The notes under the pieces: model-generated
Database searches by the model: none
Seen by the model: the letters and a program-made list of their open reading frames with translations, nothing else
Told to the model about the DNA's origin: nothing
DNA from: a virus
Virus record (IMG/VR): IMGVR_UViG_3300024520_000018
DNA: 41,657 bases
Reading direction: 5' to 3' (one strand)
Position numbers and translations under genes: made by a program
In this document: piece by piece, positions 8,523 to 17,306 of the stretch
How positions within the stretch are numbered: position 1 is the first letter of the stretch
Layout: each line of letters opens with the position of its first letter

Positions 8523-8872
8523 TGCCAGATAAACATGGAACATGGTACAATATGTACTCAACTGGTCCAATTACAGTACCTACAGCGACAGCAGTATTTA
8601 TATCTTCGACTGTAACTAATGTAAATGGTCCAAATCCGAAACAAAGAATACATCAAACTATATTAGATAGGGTGATTATTTCTGCATCAGCAACAGCAGC
8701 TATGGTAGAACTTAGTGTCGGTGGAACAGCAATATTACCTACACTAATATTAAATACTGCTACAACAATAGATTTGAAAGACCTTAACATTGTTTCAACT
8801 GCCGATATTGCTGTTCATGGTCAAGTTGGAGCAGGAACTATCTACGCCCAATTTAGACGTAGTGGAAACTAA
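8522..8872 (+). CDS. hypothetical head-module protein (116 aa)
   Basis: TAATG coupling to the portal gene. Ser/Thr/Val/Ala-rich, beta-type composition. Confidence 0.5.
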   Translation: MPDKHGTWYNMYSTGPITVPTATAVFISSTVTNVNGPNPKQRIHQTILDRVIISASATAAMVELSVGGTAILPTLILNTATTIDLKDLNIVSTADIAVHGQVGAGTIYAQFRRSGN

Positions 8873-8890
8873 CTATATTAGGAGAGCAAC

Positions 8891-9670
8891 ATGGCAGACC
8901 AAGATCAAACCACAGATATGGGAACTCCTCAAGAGGAACAATCTCAAAATGTAGGAGATCAGAACATCGGTGAAGTACCTACCGATACAAGTGATCCAAA
9001 CTCTTTGAAGTTGAAGGTAAGTGGAAAAGAGGTAGATTGGGATATTAATGACCCTAGAACAACGGAACTATTACAGAAAGGTTATCATTATTCCCAAGAG
9101 ATGGAGAACTTAAATCAACAAAAGCAAGGCCTAGACGATTGGGTGAATCAGCAGGCTGATGCTAGAGCCCAACAACTTGCCTATCAGCAACAACAACAAG
9201 TACAAGAAGATAGGTATAGAGAGTTGGAAGAAGAAGACCCATACCAAGCCCAGATTCAGAGACTACAGGATCAGGTGGCACAGGTACAGAATCAGGTGAA
9301 ACAAGACACCACTCAATTAAAAAATCAGGTAGCCCAATCTGCTTGGGAAACAAAAAAAGCAGAGTTCGCTAAAGAAAACCCAGATTTACAGGCTGGTGAT
9401 TGGGATACGATTTATGCTAAAGTGGCCTTGGGAACACCAATGGAAACTGCTGTGAATGAGAGAGCGGGTTTTGTGAACTCTTATAGACAGCAAATTATAT
9501 CGGAACATACTAATAAACTTAAACATAACTCTACGTTGCCCCCTGCATCTGGAGGAGGATCAGGAGCACCGATACCCTCTAGCGAAGAAAAGCAATATAA
9601 AAACTTTTCTAGTGCAGATCATATCGCTGATTTGAAGGCGTATATGGATCAAATGGAGCAAGGAGAGTAA
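8891..9670 (+). CDS. scaffolding-like protein
   Basis: Acidic, Gln-rich, coiled-coil-type sequence (QQLAYQQQQQVQEDRYRELEEED...QRLQDQVAQVQNQVKQ) located between the portal and capsid genes. Confidence 0.5.
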   Translation: MADQDQTTDMGTPQEEQSQNVGDQNIGEVPTDTSDPNSLKLKVSGKEVDWDINDPRTTELLQKGYHYSQEMENLNQQKQGLDDWVNQQADARAQQLAYQQQQQVQEDRYRELEEEDPYQAQIQRLQDQVAQVQNQVKQDTTQLKNQVAQSAWETKKAEFAKENPDLQAGDWDTIYAKVALGTPMETAVNERAGFVNSYRQQIISEHTNKLKHNSTLPPASGGGSGAPIPSSEEKQYKNFSSADHIADLKAYMDQMEQGE

Positions 9671-9680
9671 GGAGTAAGCT

Positions 9681-10922
9681 ATGCCAGCTACAACTACCAC
9701 TTTTGATGCGGTGTTGAAGGACTGGTTTCTAGGAAAAGTACGAGATACACTGAATGAAAAAGTAACAATGTTTGATATTGCTAACGCAGCTTCTGAACGT
9801 GTTGGTGGTAGAAGACTTGTTTATCCTGTCCACGTTGGTAGGAACTTTGGTGTAGGTACTAGAGCAGAACGAGGAACTTTACCTACTGCACAAAACGAAG
9901 TCTATGTAACAGCCACAGTATCACCAAAATATTGGTATGGTCGTATTGAAGTTTCCGCACAGGCTATGAAACAGTCTCAAGGAGATAGAGCAGCATTTGC
10001 TGAAGCTATGTCCGAGGAAATGGATAGAATGACTCGTAACAGTCGTAAGTATTTTAATAGGATGCTTTATTTTGGTAGTCGTGGTGATTTATCTACAGTT
10101 GCTTCTGACCAATCTTCGGTCGGTACAACAACTGTGAATGTAACATCTTCAACAGTAAATGTCGGAAGCCCACTTCGCTTTATTCAAGCTGGTATGATAC
10201 TAGATGGATTAAGTGCTTCAGGTGCTGCCACAGAGACATCTTCTGTATCTACTGACTTCACTTCTGCTACAGTAGTTTCCGCTACTGTCGGAGCAAGTGG
10301 GTCTTCCACTATTACATTTTCAGCAACAGTTACTGTCGTATCAGGAACGATTATGACGTTGACGGGATGTGGTTTTAACGATTTTAATGGTGTAAACGAT
10401 GGTATTGATTCCTCTGGAACATACGCTGGAGTGAGTCGTGATGCCTACAGTAACAAATCGTGGAGAGCCAATATTCTTGGAAATAGTGGAACTAATAGAC
10501 CTCTTACGCTCAACCTATTGCAACAAGCATGGGATGCTGCTTCAGAGGCTTCTGGTGAAGATGACACTACTACTCACCTTATTTCTCACTACAGTGTGAG
10601 GCGTGAGTATTTAGACCTTCTTACACCAGACGTGCGATTCACTGCACAAACACTGAAAGGTGGACATAAAGTATTAGACTTCAACGGAGCACAGTTCCGA
10701 TTTGAAGTAGATGCACCTTTCAATACTGTTTACGGAATCAATGCACCTTCATGGCATCTATATAAGATATCAGACTTTGAATGGGCAGATGAAGACGGAT
10801 CAGTATTAAGCAGAGTTAACAACATAGACTCATTTGAAGGATTTATGAGAATGTTCGGTAACTTTGGTACAGATGCACCGAATAAGAATTTCAGGATTAC
10901 TGATATTCAAGCAACACTTTAA
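9681..10922 (+). CDS. major capsid protein (HK97-fold expected)
   Basis: 413-aa ORF after the scaffold-like gene, with a strong RBS (GGAGTAAGCTATG) and a structured element downstream. Contains a Ser/Thr-rich stretch at about 10080-10360. Confidence 0.65.
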   Translation: MPATTTTFDAVLKDWFLGKVRDTLNEKVTMFDIANAASERVGGRRLVYPVHVGRNFGVGTRAERGTLPTAQNEVYVTATVSPKYWYGRIEVSAQAMKQSQGDRAAFAEAMSEEMDRMTRNSRKYFNRMLYFGSRGDLSTVASDQSSVGTTTVNVTSSTVNVGSPLRFIQAGMILDGLSASGAATETSSVSTDFTSATVVSATVGASGSSTITFSATVTVVSGTIMTLTGCGFNDFNGVNDGIDSSGTYAGVSRDAYSNKSWRANILGNSGTNRPLTLNLLQQAWDAASEASGEDDTTTHLISHYSVRREYLDLLTPDVRFTAQTLKGGHKVLDFNGAQFRFEVDAPFNTVYGINAPSWHLYKISDFEWADEDGSVLSRVNNIDSFEGFMRMFGNFGTDAPNKNFRITDIQATL

Positions 10923-10933
10923 CCTCTTAGTAT

Positions 10934-11006
10934 CCAATTTTTCCCTGTTACACTGGTTAAAATAATATTAACCCACATGGGGAGACAGGCAGCAGGGAAA
11001 TTTTGG
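10934..11006 (+). promoter_or_regulatory. imperfect long hairpin downstream of the capsid gene (possible attenuator or processing site)
   Basis: CCAATTTTTCCCTG (10934-10947) pairs with CAGGGAAATTTTGG (10993-11006) with 2 mismatches. There is an inner GTTAA/TTAAC stem. Confidence 0.3.
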
Positions 11007-11036
11007 GGTTAACTATGGCTCCAGAGGAGAGCAAAT

Positions 11037-11519
11037 ATGGCAATTAAAAATAGAAATATTGCAGCAAACAATCCAATGAAAAGTGAAATGCTTCGATTTG
11101 GATTTGCAGATTATGGTTCAGGCACAGCGTTAGCCGATACGAATCTATATATACCTGTTCCTCATAACGGAAGGGTAAAAGAAATTGTAGCTTTGGCAGG
11201 TGTTTCTGGTGGTGCTGGAAACTCTGGTTCGGTTACATTAAATTTCTATCGTGCTAATTCTTCTTCCATAGCATCAGCCACAACAACAAGTCTATTGGCT
11301 TCTGGTGGAATTAGTTTCAACTCGGGAACAACAGTTGGTTCTATCTCTACCGCTACGCTAAACACTTCTATTGTTACTGGCAATAAAGGTGGTATGGTAG
11401 TTAGTGCAGGAACAACATTACTGATTAACAGTGATTTTACCGCCACTTCTACAGTGAACTTTATACAAGGGTATATTCGTATTGAGTATGATGATGCCCC
11501 TGCGGATGACGGGAAATAA
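11037..11519 (+). CDS. Ser/Thr/Gly-rich virion protein (decoration or head-fibre candidate)
   Basis: 160-aa ORF following the capsid gene, with RBS GGAGAGCAAATATG. Contains low-complexity S/T tracts (ANSSSIASATTTSLLASGG...). Confidence 0.4.
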   Translation: MAIKNRNIAANNPMKSEMLRFGFADYGSGTALADTNLYIPVPHNGRVKEIVALAGVSGGAGNSGSVTLNFYRANSSSIASATTTSLLASGGISFNSGTTVGSISTATLNTSIVTGNKGGMVVSAGTTLLINSDFTATSTVNFIQGYIRIEYDDAPADDGK

Positions 11520-12059
11520 ATGAATCCTGATAGGTATATTCTAAACGAACTAAAACGATTAGATGAAAACTTATCGGTCCAATGGAATGGAAGGAAGTGT
11601 CGTTGGGAAGTTTTTTACCGAAGACATTTCCTTCGCCCATCGGAACGAAAAAGATTTAGCCACATAGCCACGTTCTATGATCGTGGAGTACCTATTAAAC
11701 TATATGAACCTAAACCCATAGATAGATGGCATATATGTTTTTGGGAAGGGGATAATGGTGAGTTCAGGACATTGGATTATGGATTGATACTTCAGTTAAA
11801 GGAATGGGATAACTGGAGACACGCAAGACCAGATGACATTTGGTTAGCAGCAGAAAAAGAAGAATACGAAGAAGAGAGAAAGAAATCAAGACAACAAAAA
11901 GAAATGTTTAAAGATATTGCGTTAGAAAATGATGGTGCTTTGAGAAAACAAATGGATGACTATACTTCTTTTAACAAAAGAGGTTGGCACGTTTGGACTC
12001 CGACAAATCATCGAGTAGGGATAGACTTTAAAAATAAAAAGAAAAAGGTGAAAACCTAA
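11520..12059 (+). CDS. hypothetical basic protein (179 aa)
   Basis: Abuts the previous stop (TAAATG). Trp/Arg-rich. No family recognised. Confidence 0.55.
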   Translation: MNPDRYILNELKRLDENLSVQWNGRKCRWEVFYRRHFLRPSERKRFSHIATFYDRGVPIKLYEPKPIDRWHICFWEGDNGEFRTLDYGLILQLKEWDNWRHARPDDIWLAAEKEEYEEERKKSRQQKEMFKDIALENDGALRKQMDDYTSFNKRGWHVWTPTNHRVGIDFKNKKKKVKT

Positions 12060-12751
12060 TGGCAACTACAGCAACTACCATTATAACCGAAGTAAGAACA
12101 TTATCGGATACAGATAGTGCAACAGCTACATTAAGTGATGCTCAAATATTGACAGCAGCAAACTCTGCACATGAACATTATTATGATTTAATTGTAGCTG
12201 CTGACGAAGGTCATTTTGAAGAAATACATACAGCAAGTTTAGTTGCTGATAGTCGTAATCTAAGCCCTGCTGTAACCTCTACATTTAGAAAAATTGATTT
12301 GGTCGAAGTCATACAAAGCGATGGAGACAGACAACCAGCTATTCCATTGAGTGCTAAAACAGAGAAGTTTTATTTTGAAAGTGGAAATACAACTGCTACA
12401 AGAAACGACCAATTTTATTATTATATAGAAGCAAATGCTATACAACTTGTACCTACCCCAACACAAGCAGCAACAGACGCTATTGAAGTTACCTTTGTTC
12501 CTCAAGCAACTAGACTTTCTACTACCACAACAGTAATAGATTGTCCAGATCGATGGTCAAAAGTTATTGTTTTGAGAACATTGTTAAATTTACAATTACG
12601 CCTAATGGATAATCGTGATCCTAGAGAAGAATTAGCTAATGAAGAAAAAACTCTAGTTCAAACGCTAGAGGGAAGGCAAAGACAATCTCCTCGAAGGATT
12701 GTACCTACAGATAATGAGGGTTCTACAGTTGACGGAATTTGGGTTGGATGA
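12059..12751 (+). CDS. putative head-tail adaptor or connector protein
   Basis: TAATG coupling. The call rests on position after the head genes and a 230-aa size only. Confidence 0.35.
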   Translation: MATTATTIITEVRTLSDTDSATATLSDAQILTAANSAHEHYYDLIVAADEGHFEEIHTASLVADSRNLSPAVTSTFRKIDLVEVIQSDGDRQPAIPLSAKTEKFYFESGNTTATRNDQFYYYIEANAIQLVPTPTQAATDAIEVTFVPQATRLSTTTTVIDCPDRWSKVIVLRTLLNLQLRLMDNRDPREELANEEKTLVQTLEGRQRQSPRRIVPTDNEGSTVDGIWVG

Positions 12752-13727
12752 ACAGTTTGAAGAAGTAGATTGTCCTTTATGTAGTTCAAAGAAACGTGAT
12801 GTATATTTTGAACATAATGATGATCCATACTTAAACCAATTAAAAGTACCAAAAGATTTTAAAGTATCTTTCTATTATTGTGATGATTGTGAACTCATAT
12901 ATCAATCTCCTAGATGGACTAAAAAAACAGCAGGTAGGTTTTATAGCAAGTTATATAGACCACAAACACCACAACAAAAGAATGTAGATTACAAGTTAAA
13001 GGATGCAGCAGATGTTTATGACTTCATTCACGAAGACAAGGTTTTCCCTAAATCAGGAAGGATGCTCGATGTGGGCACTGGCGAGGGATTGTTACCATAT
13101 ACCCATGAAAAGATGGGAGAGAATGGTGGGCCTAAGTGGGATACTTATGCGATAGAACCTAATAAAGTATATGCAGATTGGGCTAGGGCGAATAAGTTGT
13201 GTCAAGTGGAAACAGGGGAGTTTAAGAAGAAGTCTTGGCGTAACTTAACATTTGACTTAATTACAGCACAGCAAGTGTTAGAACATATACACGATCCTGT
13301 AGCTTTTTTAAAGTTGTGTAACGATAGATTATATTCCGATGGTTGGTTATTTATAGGAGTTCCCACAGTGGAGTATCCTTGGGGTAATGAATATAACCGA
13401 TTTAATATGATGTGCGATAACTTTACTGCTTCACCACATTTAACTTTATATACACCTAGAACATTAGGTAGAATGTTAAATAAGGCAGGATTTTATTTGG
13501 AACGATTAGACTATTACAGTAGAGGAATACGTTCCCTATCTCGCAAACTTCGCCCAAAGGAAACGCAAGAGCATTATGGTAGAGAGAATAGAAAGCGAAT
13601 CGAAGAAACCTTCAAAAACTGTTGTGCACTTGAACGGGAGCACTTGGCTAAACAACAGGAAGCTGTCAGCAGTGAAGGAGACAGCGAAAAGGATAAAGGA
13701 GTGGAAGTACCTGCTGTATCGAACTAA
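12699..13727 (+). CDS. class I SAM-dependent methyltransferase with N-terminal Zn-ribbon
   Basis: CPLCSS...CDDCELIYQSP (4-Cys ribbon) followed by motif I GRMLDVGTGEGLL and QQVLEHIHDP. The start is uncertain (TTG 12699, ATG 12714, TTG 12744). Confidence 0.75.
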   Translation: MYLQIMRVLQLTEFGLDEQFEEVDCPLCSSKKRDVYFEHNDDPYLNQLKVPKDFKVSFYYCDDCELIYQSPRWTKKTAGRFYSKLYRPQTPQQKNVDYKLKDAADVYDFIHEDKVFPKSGRMLDVGTGEGLLPYTHEKMGENGGPKWDTYAIEPNKVYADWARANKLCQVETGEFKKKSWRNLTFDLITAQQVLEHIHDPVAFLKLCNDRLYSDGWLFIGVPTVEYPWGNEYNRFNMMCDNFTASPHLTLYTPRTLGRMLNKAGFYLERLDYYSRGIRSLSRKLRPKETQEHYGRENRKRIEETFKNCCALEREHLAKQQEAVSSEGDSEKDKGVEVPAVSN

Positions 13728-14643
13728 ATGGCATAATGCAGGGAAAAAGTTTCTTAACTTGGTTTATACTCCAAAGTTTCCTATACATTTAGATATTGAA
13801 CTTAGCTATGCCTGTAACTTTAAATGTACCATGTGTCCACAGGCATACGATGAAAATGTAAAGGGAGCCATGAAGTATGAATTGGCTGATCGTTTGCTAA
13901 CAGAAGCTGCTGAGATGGGAGTCTCCAGTATTAAATGGAACTGGAGAGGGGAGGCAACTCTACATAAACAGATTGCTCAATTAACAAGGAAAGCAAAGGG
14001 TTTAGGTATTCCTGAAGTGCAGTTAAATACCAATGGAAATATGAGAGGTTGCAAGGTAGAAGATTTAATAGACGCTGGAGTAGATAGAATTATATTCAGT
14101 GTAGATGGGAATACGAAAGATACCTTTGAGAATATACGGATAGGTGGAGACTTTGACGAACTTACGGAAACGATTGAGCAAGCAGTTTCGTACCGAGAAA
14201 GTAAAGGGTTATCTAAACCGTTTATTCGTGTGCAAATGTGCAAGCAAAAAAGTAACGAACACGAAGTCGAAGGATTCGTCAGAAAGTGGAAAGATATAGT
14301 TGACGATGTAAGAGTATCGGCAGTGATGGATAGAGGAGCTGACGGAAACTTTCTGATAGACGATTGGGTTGCAGTGGAGAGAGCAGTATGTAAGCAACCT
14401 TTTCAAAGATTAACGATTGGATATGATGGCAAAGTAATGGGATGTTGTGCTGATTGGTTTGAAAATAGACCAGTAGGCGATGCCAATACACATAGTTTGG
14501 AAGAGATTTGGAACAATTCTATAGAGTTACAAGATATGAGGGATGCACAACATGAAGGCAGGCAAGAAGAAACTGCACCATGCGAGTCATGTTGGGCTAA
14601 AGACGCATGGGTATGGAGGTTAGGAAATGCCAAACATAAATAG
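13576..14643 (+). CDS. radical SAM enzyme with C-terminal SPASM/twitch-type Cys cluster
   Basis: CNFKCTMC (CX3CX2C, nt 13813-13836), then CKQPFQRLTIGYDGKVMGCCADW and APCESCW. The only in-frame ATG upstream of the cluster gives a 152-nt overlap with the methyltransferase. A GTG near 13669 is an alternative start. Confidence 0.8.
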   Translation: MVERIESESKKPSKTVVHLNGSTWLNNRKLSAVKETAKRIKEWKYLLYRTKWHNAGKKFLNLVYTPKFPIHLDIELSYACNFKCTMCPQAYDENVKGAMKYELADRLLTEAAEMGVSSIKWNWRGEATLHKQIAQLTRKAKGLGIPEVQLNTNGNMRGCKVEDLIDAGVDRIIFSVDGNTKDTFENIRIGGDFDELTETIEQAVSYRESKGLSKPFIRVQMCKQKSNEHEVEGFVRKWKDIVDDVRVSAVMDRGADGNFLIDDWVAVERAVCKQPFQRLTIGYDGKVMGCCADWFENRPVGDANTHSLEEIWNNSIELQDMRDAQHEGRQEETAPCESCWAKDAWVWRLGNAKHK

Positions 14644-15013
14644 ATTTAATAAGCCTGATATATTGGAAAGATATAATGAGATGGGACCAGGGCGTAATAA
14701 TCCGATGCAAGAACTTGAGCCATTTACTCCTTGGGATGATAGAAAAGGATTAGTAGCTCCTGGAATGCCTAACGATCCTTTAATAGACCCTAAAATGGAA
14801 CCTTTTTTAAGAGATTTTTTTCCTACTATAAGACAGTTTGCTCCATCTCCTACAGCACCAAATTATAGCATGGGAAAGATAAAACCTGATGATGGATGGG
14901 GCCCTAGATCGCCAGAAGAAAAACAGGAAATTATGAGACAAGAAGAAGAACAACAAAAAATGGCAATATTTGAGTTATTAAGGCAGTTATTACAACAAAG
15001 AAGACAAATCTAA
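14627..15013 (+). CDS. Pro-rich small protein, paralog 1 (128 aa)
   Basis: Starts MPNI..., ends ...FELLRQLLQQRRQI. Overlaps the rSAM stop by 17 nt. RBS GGAGG. Confidence 0.55.
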   Translation: MPNINRFNKPDILERYNEMGPGRNNPMQELEPFTPWDDRKGLVAPGMPNDPLIDPKMEPFLRDFFPTIRQFAPSPTAPNYSMGKIKPDDGWGPRSPEEKQEIMRQEEEQQKMAIFELLRQLLQQRRQI

Positions 15014-15049
15014 ATGGTTGATATTTTAGGTGGGTATGGGGGTTAGAAA

Positions 15050-15313
15050 ATGCCAAACATAGTAGGACCTAACAAAAATCCTTTTGTAGAATTTAATGGA
15101 TTAGCTAATATACCAGATAAAAGTAATGTATATTCTCCAATGAGATTTATGGAAAACCCAAATTTCAGATCAAGTATGCCTCAATTTACGCCAAGAGGAG
15201 GTGTAGGGAATATGGGTCAATTCGGAATGATAGGTTCCCCTTCCCAACCAGTAGTTAATCCAAATATGCAATTAAGAGCAATTATAGAATTATTAAGAAG
15301 AATGGGTATGTAA
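15050..15313 (+). CDS. Pro/Asn/Met-rich small protein, paralog 2 (87 aa)
   Basis: Starts MPNI..., ends ...IELLRRMGM. Its initiation region is a 29/31-nt copy of the one at 14608-14638. Confidence 0.55.
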   Translation: MPNIVGPNKNPFVEFNGLANIPDKSNVYSPMRFMENPNFRSSMPQFTPRGGVGNMGQFGMIGSPSQPVVNPNMQLRAIIELLRRMGM

Positions 15314-15925
15314 ATGGCAGAAAATATAGATTGGGAATTTATAAGAGAGAAAGAAGGTTTTGAACTTGTAGGCTATGTTCCAATCACAAAAAAATTAAAG
15401 TCTGGTGTAACGATAGCGTCTGGATTTGATTTAGGTCAAAAAAACGAGGGCGATCTACAAGGTTTACCCCCCACTATTATAAAAAAATTAATTCCTTATT
15501 TAGGAATAAAAGGGGAGGAAGCAAACAAAAAAGCATCAAATTTAACAATAACAGAAGATGAAGCTAACATAATTAATAAGTTTGCTAAAACAAAGTCTTT
15601 AAATAAACTTAGCTCTGATTGGGAAAATGCTACTGGTTATTCGTTAAGTGAACTATCTCCAGCACAAGCAACCGCTTTAGCTTCTGTAGGATTCCAATAT
15701 GGAGATATGAAATCAAAAACTCCTAAATTCTGGAAATATGCTACAAGTGGAAATTGGGACAAAGCATATAATGAGTTGATGGATTTTAAAGACGAACATC
15801 CTACAAGAAGAAAATCAGAAGCTGATCTTTTGTTTAAAGAAATGGGTGTTCCTTCTGATAGTATGTTTGGAGAAGCTATGCAATTATCAGACAATAATAT
15901 CAATACCATAAGAGAGGGTTATTAA
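15314..15925 (+). CDS. pesticin-type (T4-lysozyme-like) muramidase
   Basis: WEFIREKEGFELVGYVPI...SGVTIASGFDLGQ...ASVGFQYG...HPTRRKSEADLL matches the pesticin C-terminal/lysozyme-like family as I remember it. Confidence 0.7.
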   Translation: MAENIDWEFIREKEGFELVGYVPITKKLKSGVTIASGFDLGQKNEGDLQGLPPTIIKKLIPYLGIKGEEANKKASNLTITEDEANIINKFAKTKSLNKLSSDWENATGYSLSELSPAQATALASVGFQYGDMKSKTPKFWKYATSGNWDKAYNELMDFKDEHPTRRKSEADLLFKEMGVPSDSMFGEAMQLSDNNINTIREGY

Positions 15926-16023
15926 TGCCAAAAGTAGGTGGAAAACATTATTCTTATACTAAAAAAGGTTACAAAGCAGCAGCGAAGGCACGAAAAAAAA
16001 TGAAAAGAGGAAAAAAGAAGTAA
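15925..16023 (+). CDS. 32-aa highly basic micro-ORF (below the track cutoff)
   Basis: My translation is MPKVGGKHYSYTKKGYKAAAKARKKMKRGKKK. It has a TAATG overlap with the lysozyme gene and its stop abuts the next ATG (TAAATG). Confidence 0.35.
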   Translation: MPKVGGKHYSYTKKGYKAAAKARKKMKRGKKK

Positions 16024-16698
16024 ATGATTCCCATTGTAGTACAGGCAAGAATGGATTCAAGACGTTTGTATGGCAAGGTGTTGATGCCTATTACGGGTGG
16101 TTGTGCTTTAAGTCATCTGTTGGATAGATTGTTTCTCACCGAAATGAAAGTCATTGTTGCTACTACCAATAGAGATACCGATAAACCCTTACAAATGTTT
16201 TGTGAACATTATGAAATAGATGCTTTCTATGGTGCGGTAGAGATACCTAAAAGGCTATGGTCAGTGGCAGAGTTAAACAATGCAGACCATATAGTGAGAG
16301 TTACCGCAGACGATATACTAGTAGACCCTGACTACCTTAAAATGGCAGTGAGGGAGCACGTAGAGAATGGAGCAGACTTTACGCATATACCAAAGTTACC
16401 AAAAGGTTTTGACTGCGAAGTAATTTCTAGGAACGCATTACTGGAATTGATGAAGATAGATTCCGAAACAGAGTATATAGGAAAGATATTAAAAGATAAG
16501 ACTTTATTTAAAGTACATGAAGTAGAGGTAGATAAAAGGCATAGAAAGCGTTTCAACTATGAGTTAAATGAATACAAAGACTTGAAAAAATTAAGAGAGT
16601 TATTCTCTGATTTGCATAGTAATCATTCACCGCCATTTTGTCTCGATCACGTTATCGAGTATTTAGATTATCAAAAGTCAAAGGAAAAAGTGCGATGA
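16024..16698 (+). CDS. sugar cytidylyltransferase (SpsF/PseF/KdsB-type, CTP_transf_3-like)
   Basis: N-terminus IPIVVQARMDSRRLYGKVL and VRVTADDILVDP fit the (I)QARxxSxRLPGK ... RxTxDxPxxDP pattern of CMP-sugar synthetases. Confidence 0.75.
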   Translation: MIPIVVQARMDSRRLYGKVLMPITGGCALSHLLDRLFLTEMKVIVATTNRDTDKPLQMFCEHYEIDAFYGAVEIPKRLWSVAELNNADHIVRVTADDILVDPDYLKMAVREHVENGADFTHIPKLPKGFDCEVISRNALLELMKIDSETEYIGKILKDKTLFKVHEVEVDKRHRKRFNYELNEYKDLKKLRELFSDLHSNHSPPFCLDHVIEYLDYQKSKEKVR

Positions 16699-17306
16699 AC
16701 CCATTCTTCACAGTCTATATTCCGTTTCATACTTATGGTTATGCTATTAAAGCAAAAGATGCGTTACGTTCCTTAGATGCTCAATCGTTCACTTCATTTG
16801 AAACGATACTGATAGCGAATGGTACTTCGTTTCCAAGTTGGATGAGTGAAGGCGATGTATACAAAAGCACTGGCGTATTTGGTAGGAAGATAATAGGTGG
16901 GGAATACCATACGTTGGGAGCAGCAGCCAACGCAGCAATAGCGTTAGCAAAGGGTAATTGGATAGTTAGGTTAGATGCTGATGATTACCTTGAATCAAAC
17001 GCTTTGTGGCACTTTGTAAATACGATAGAGCAACACTCTGACAAACCTATTATAGGAGTGCAAGGACATTGGGATGAAGATAATCCTGATAAAGTAATGG
17101 GAGCAGGGTTAGCGATACAGACAAGTCTATTGCAAGAAGTTTGTGGGTACAACGAAGAAGAACCTATCAATGATGGAGAGTCTATTGTTCGGAAGATATC
17201 TAATGAAGTTTTTGGAACTGCTACATCAAAATGGGGATTAGTCAGAACAGAGAAACCTATTTATAATTATGAACGACATGAAGGGAGTATGTCATGTCCA
17301 AGTTAG
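16695..17306 (+). CDS. family 2 glycosyltransferase (GT-A fold)
   Basis: FTVYIPFH...LRSLDAQSFTSFETILI, then LGAAANAAIALAKGNWIVRLDADDY (DxD). ATGA overlap with the upstream gene. The track start at 16638 is probably too early. Confidence 0.7.
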   Translation: MNPFFTVYIPFHTYGYAIKAKDALRSLDAQSFTSFETILIANGTSFPSWMSEGDVYKSTGVFGRKIIGGEYHTLGAAANAAIALAKGNWIVRLDADDYLESNALWHFVNTIEQHSDKPIIGVQGHWDEDNPDKVMGAGLAIQTSLLQEVCGYNEEEPINDGESIVRKISNEVFGTATSKWGLVRTEKPIYNYERHEGSMSCPS

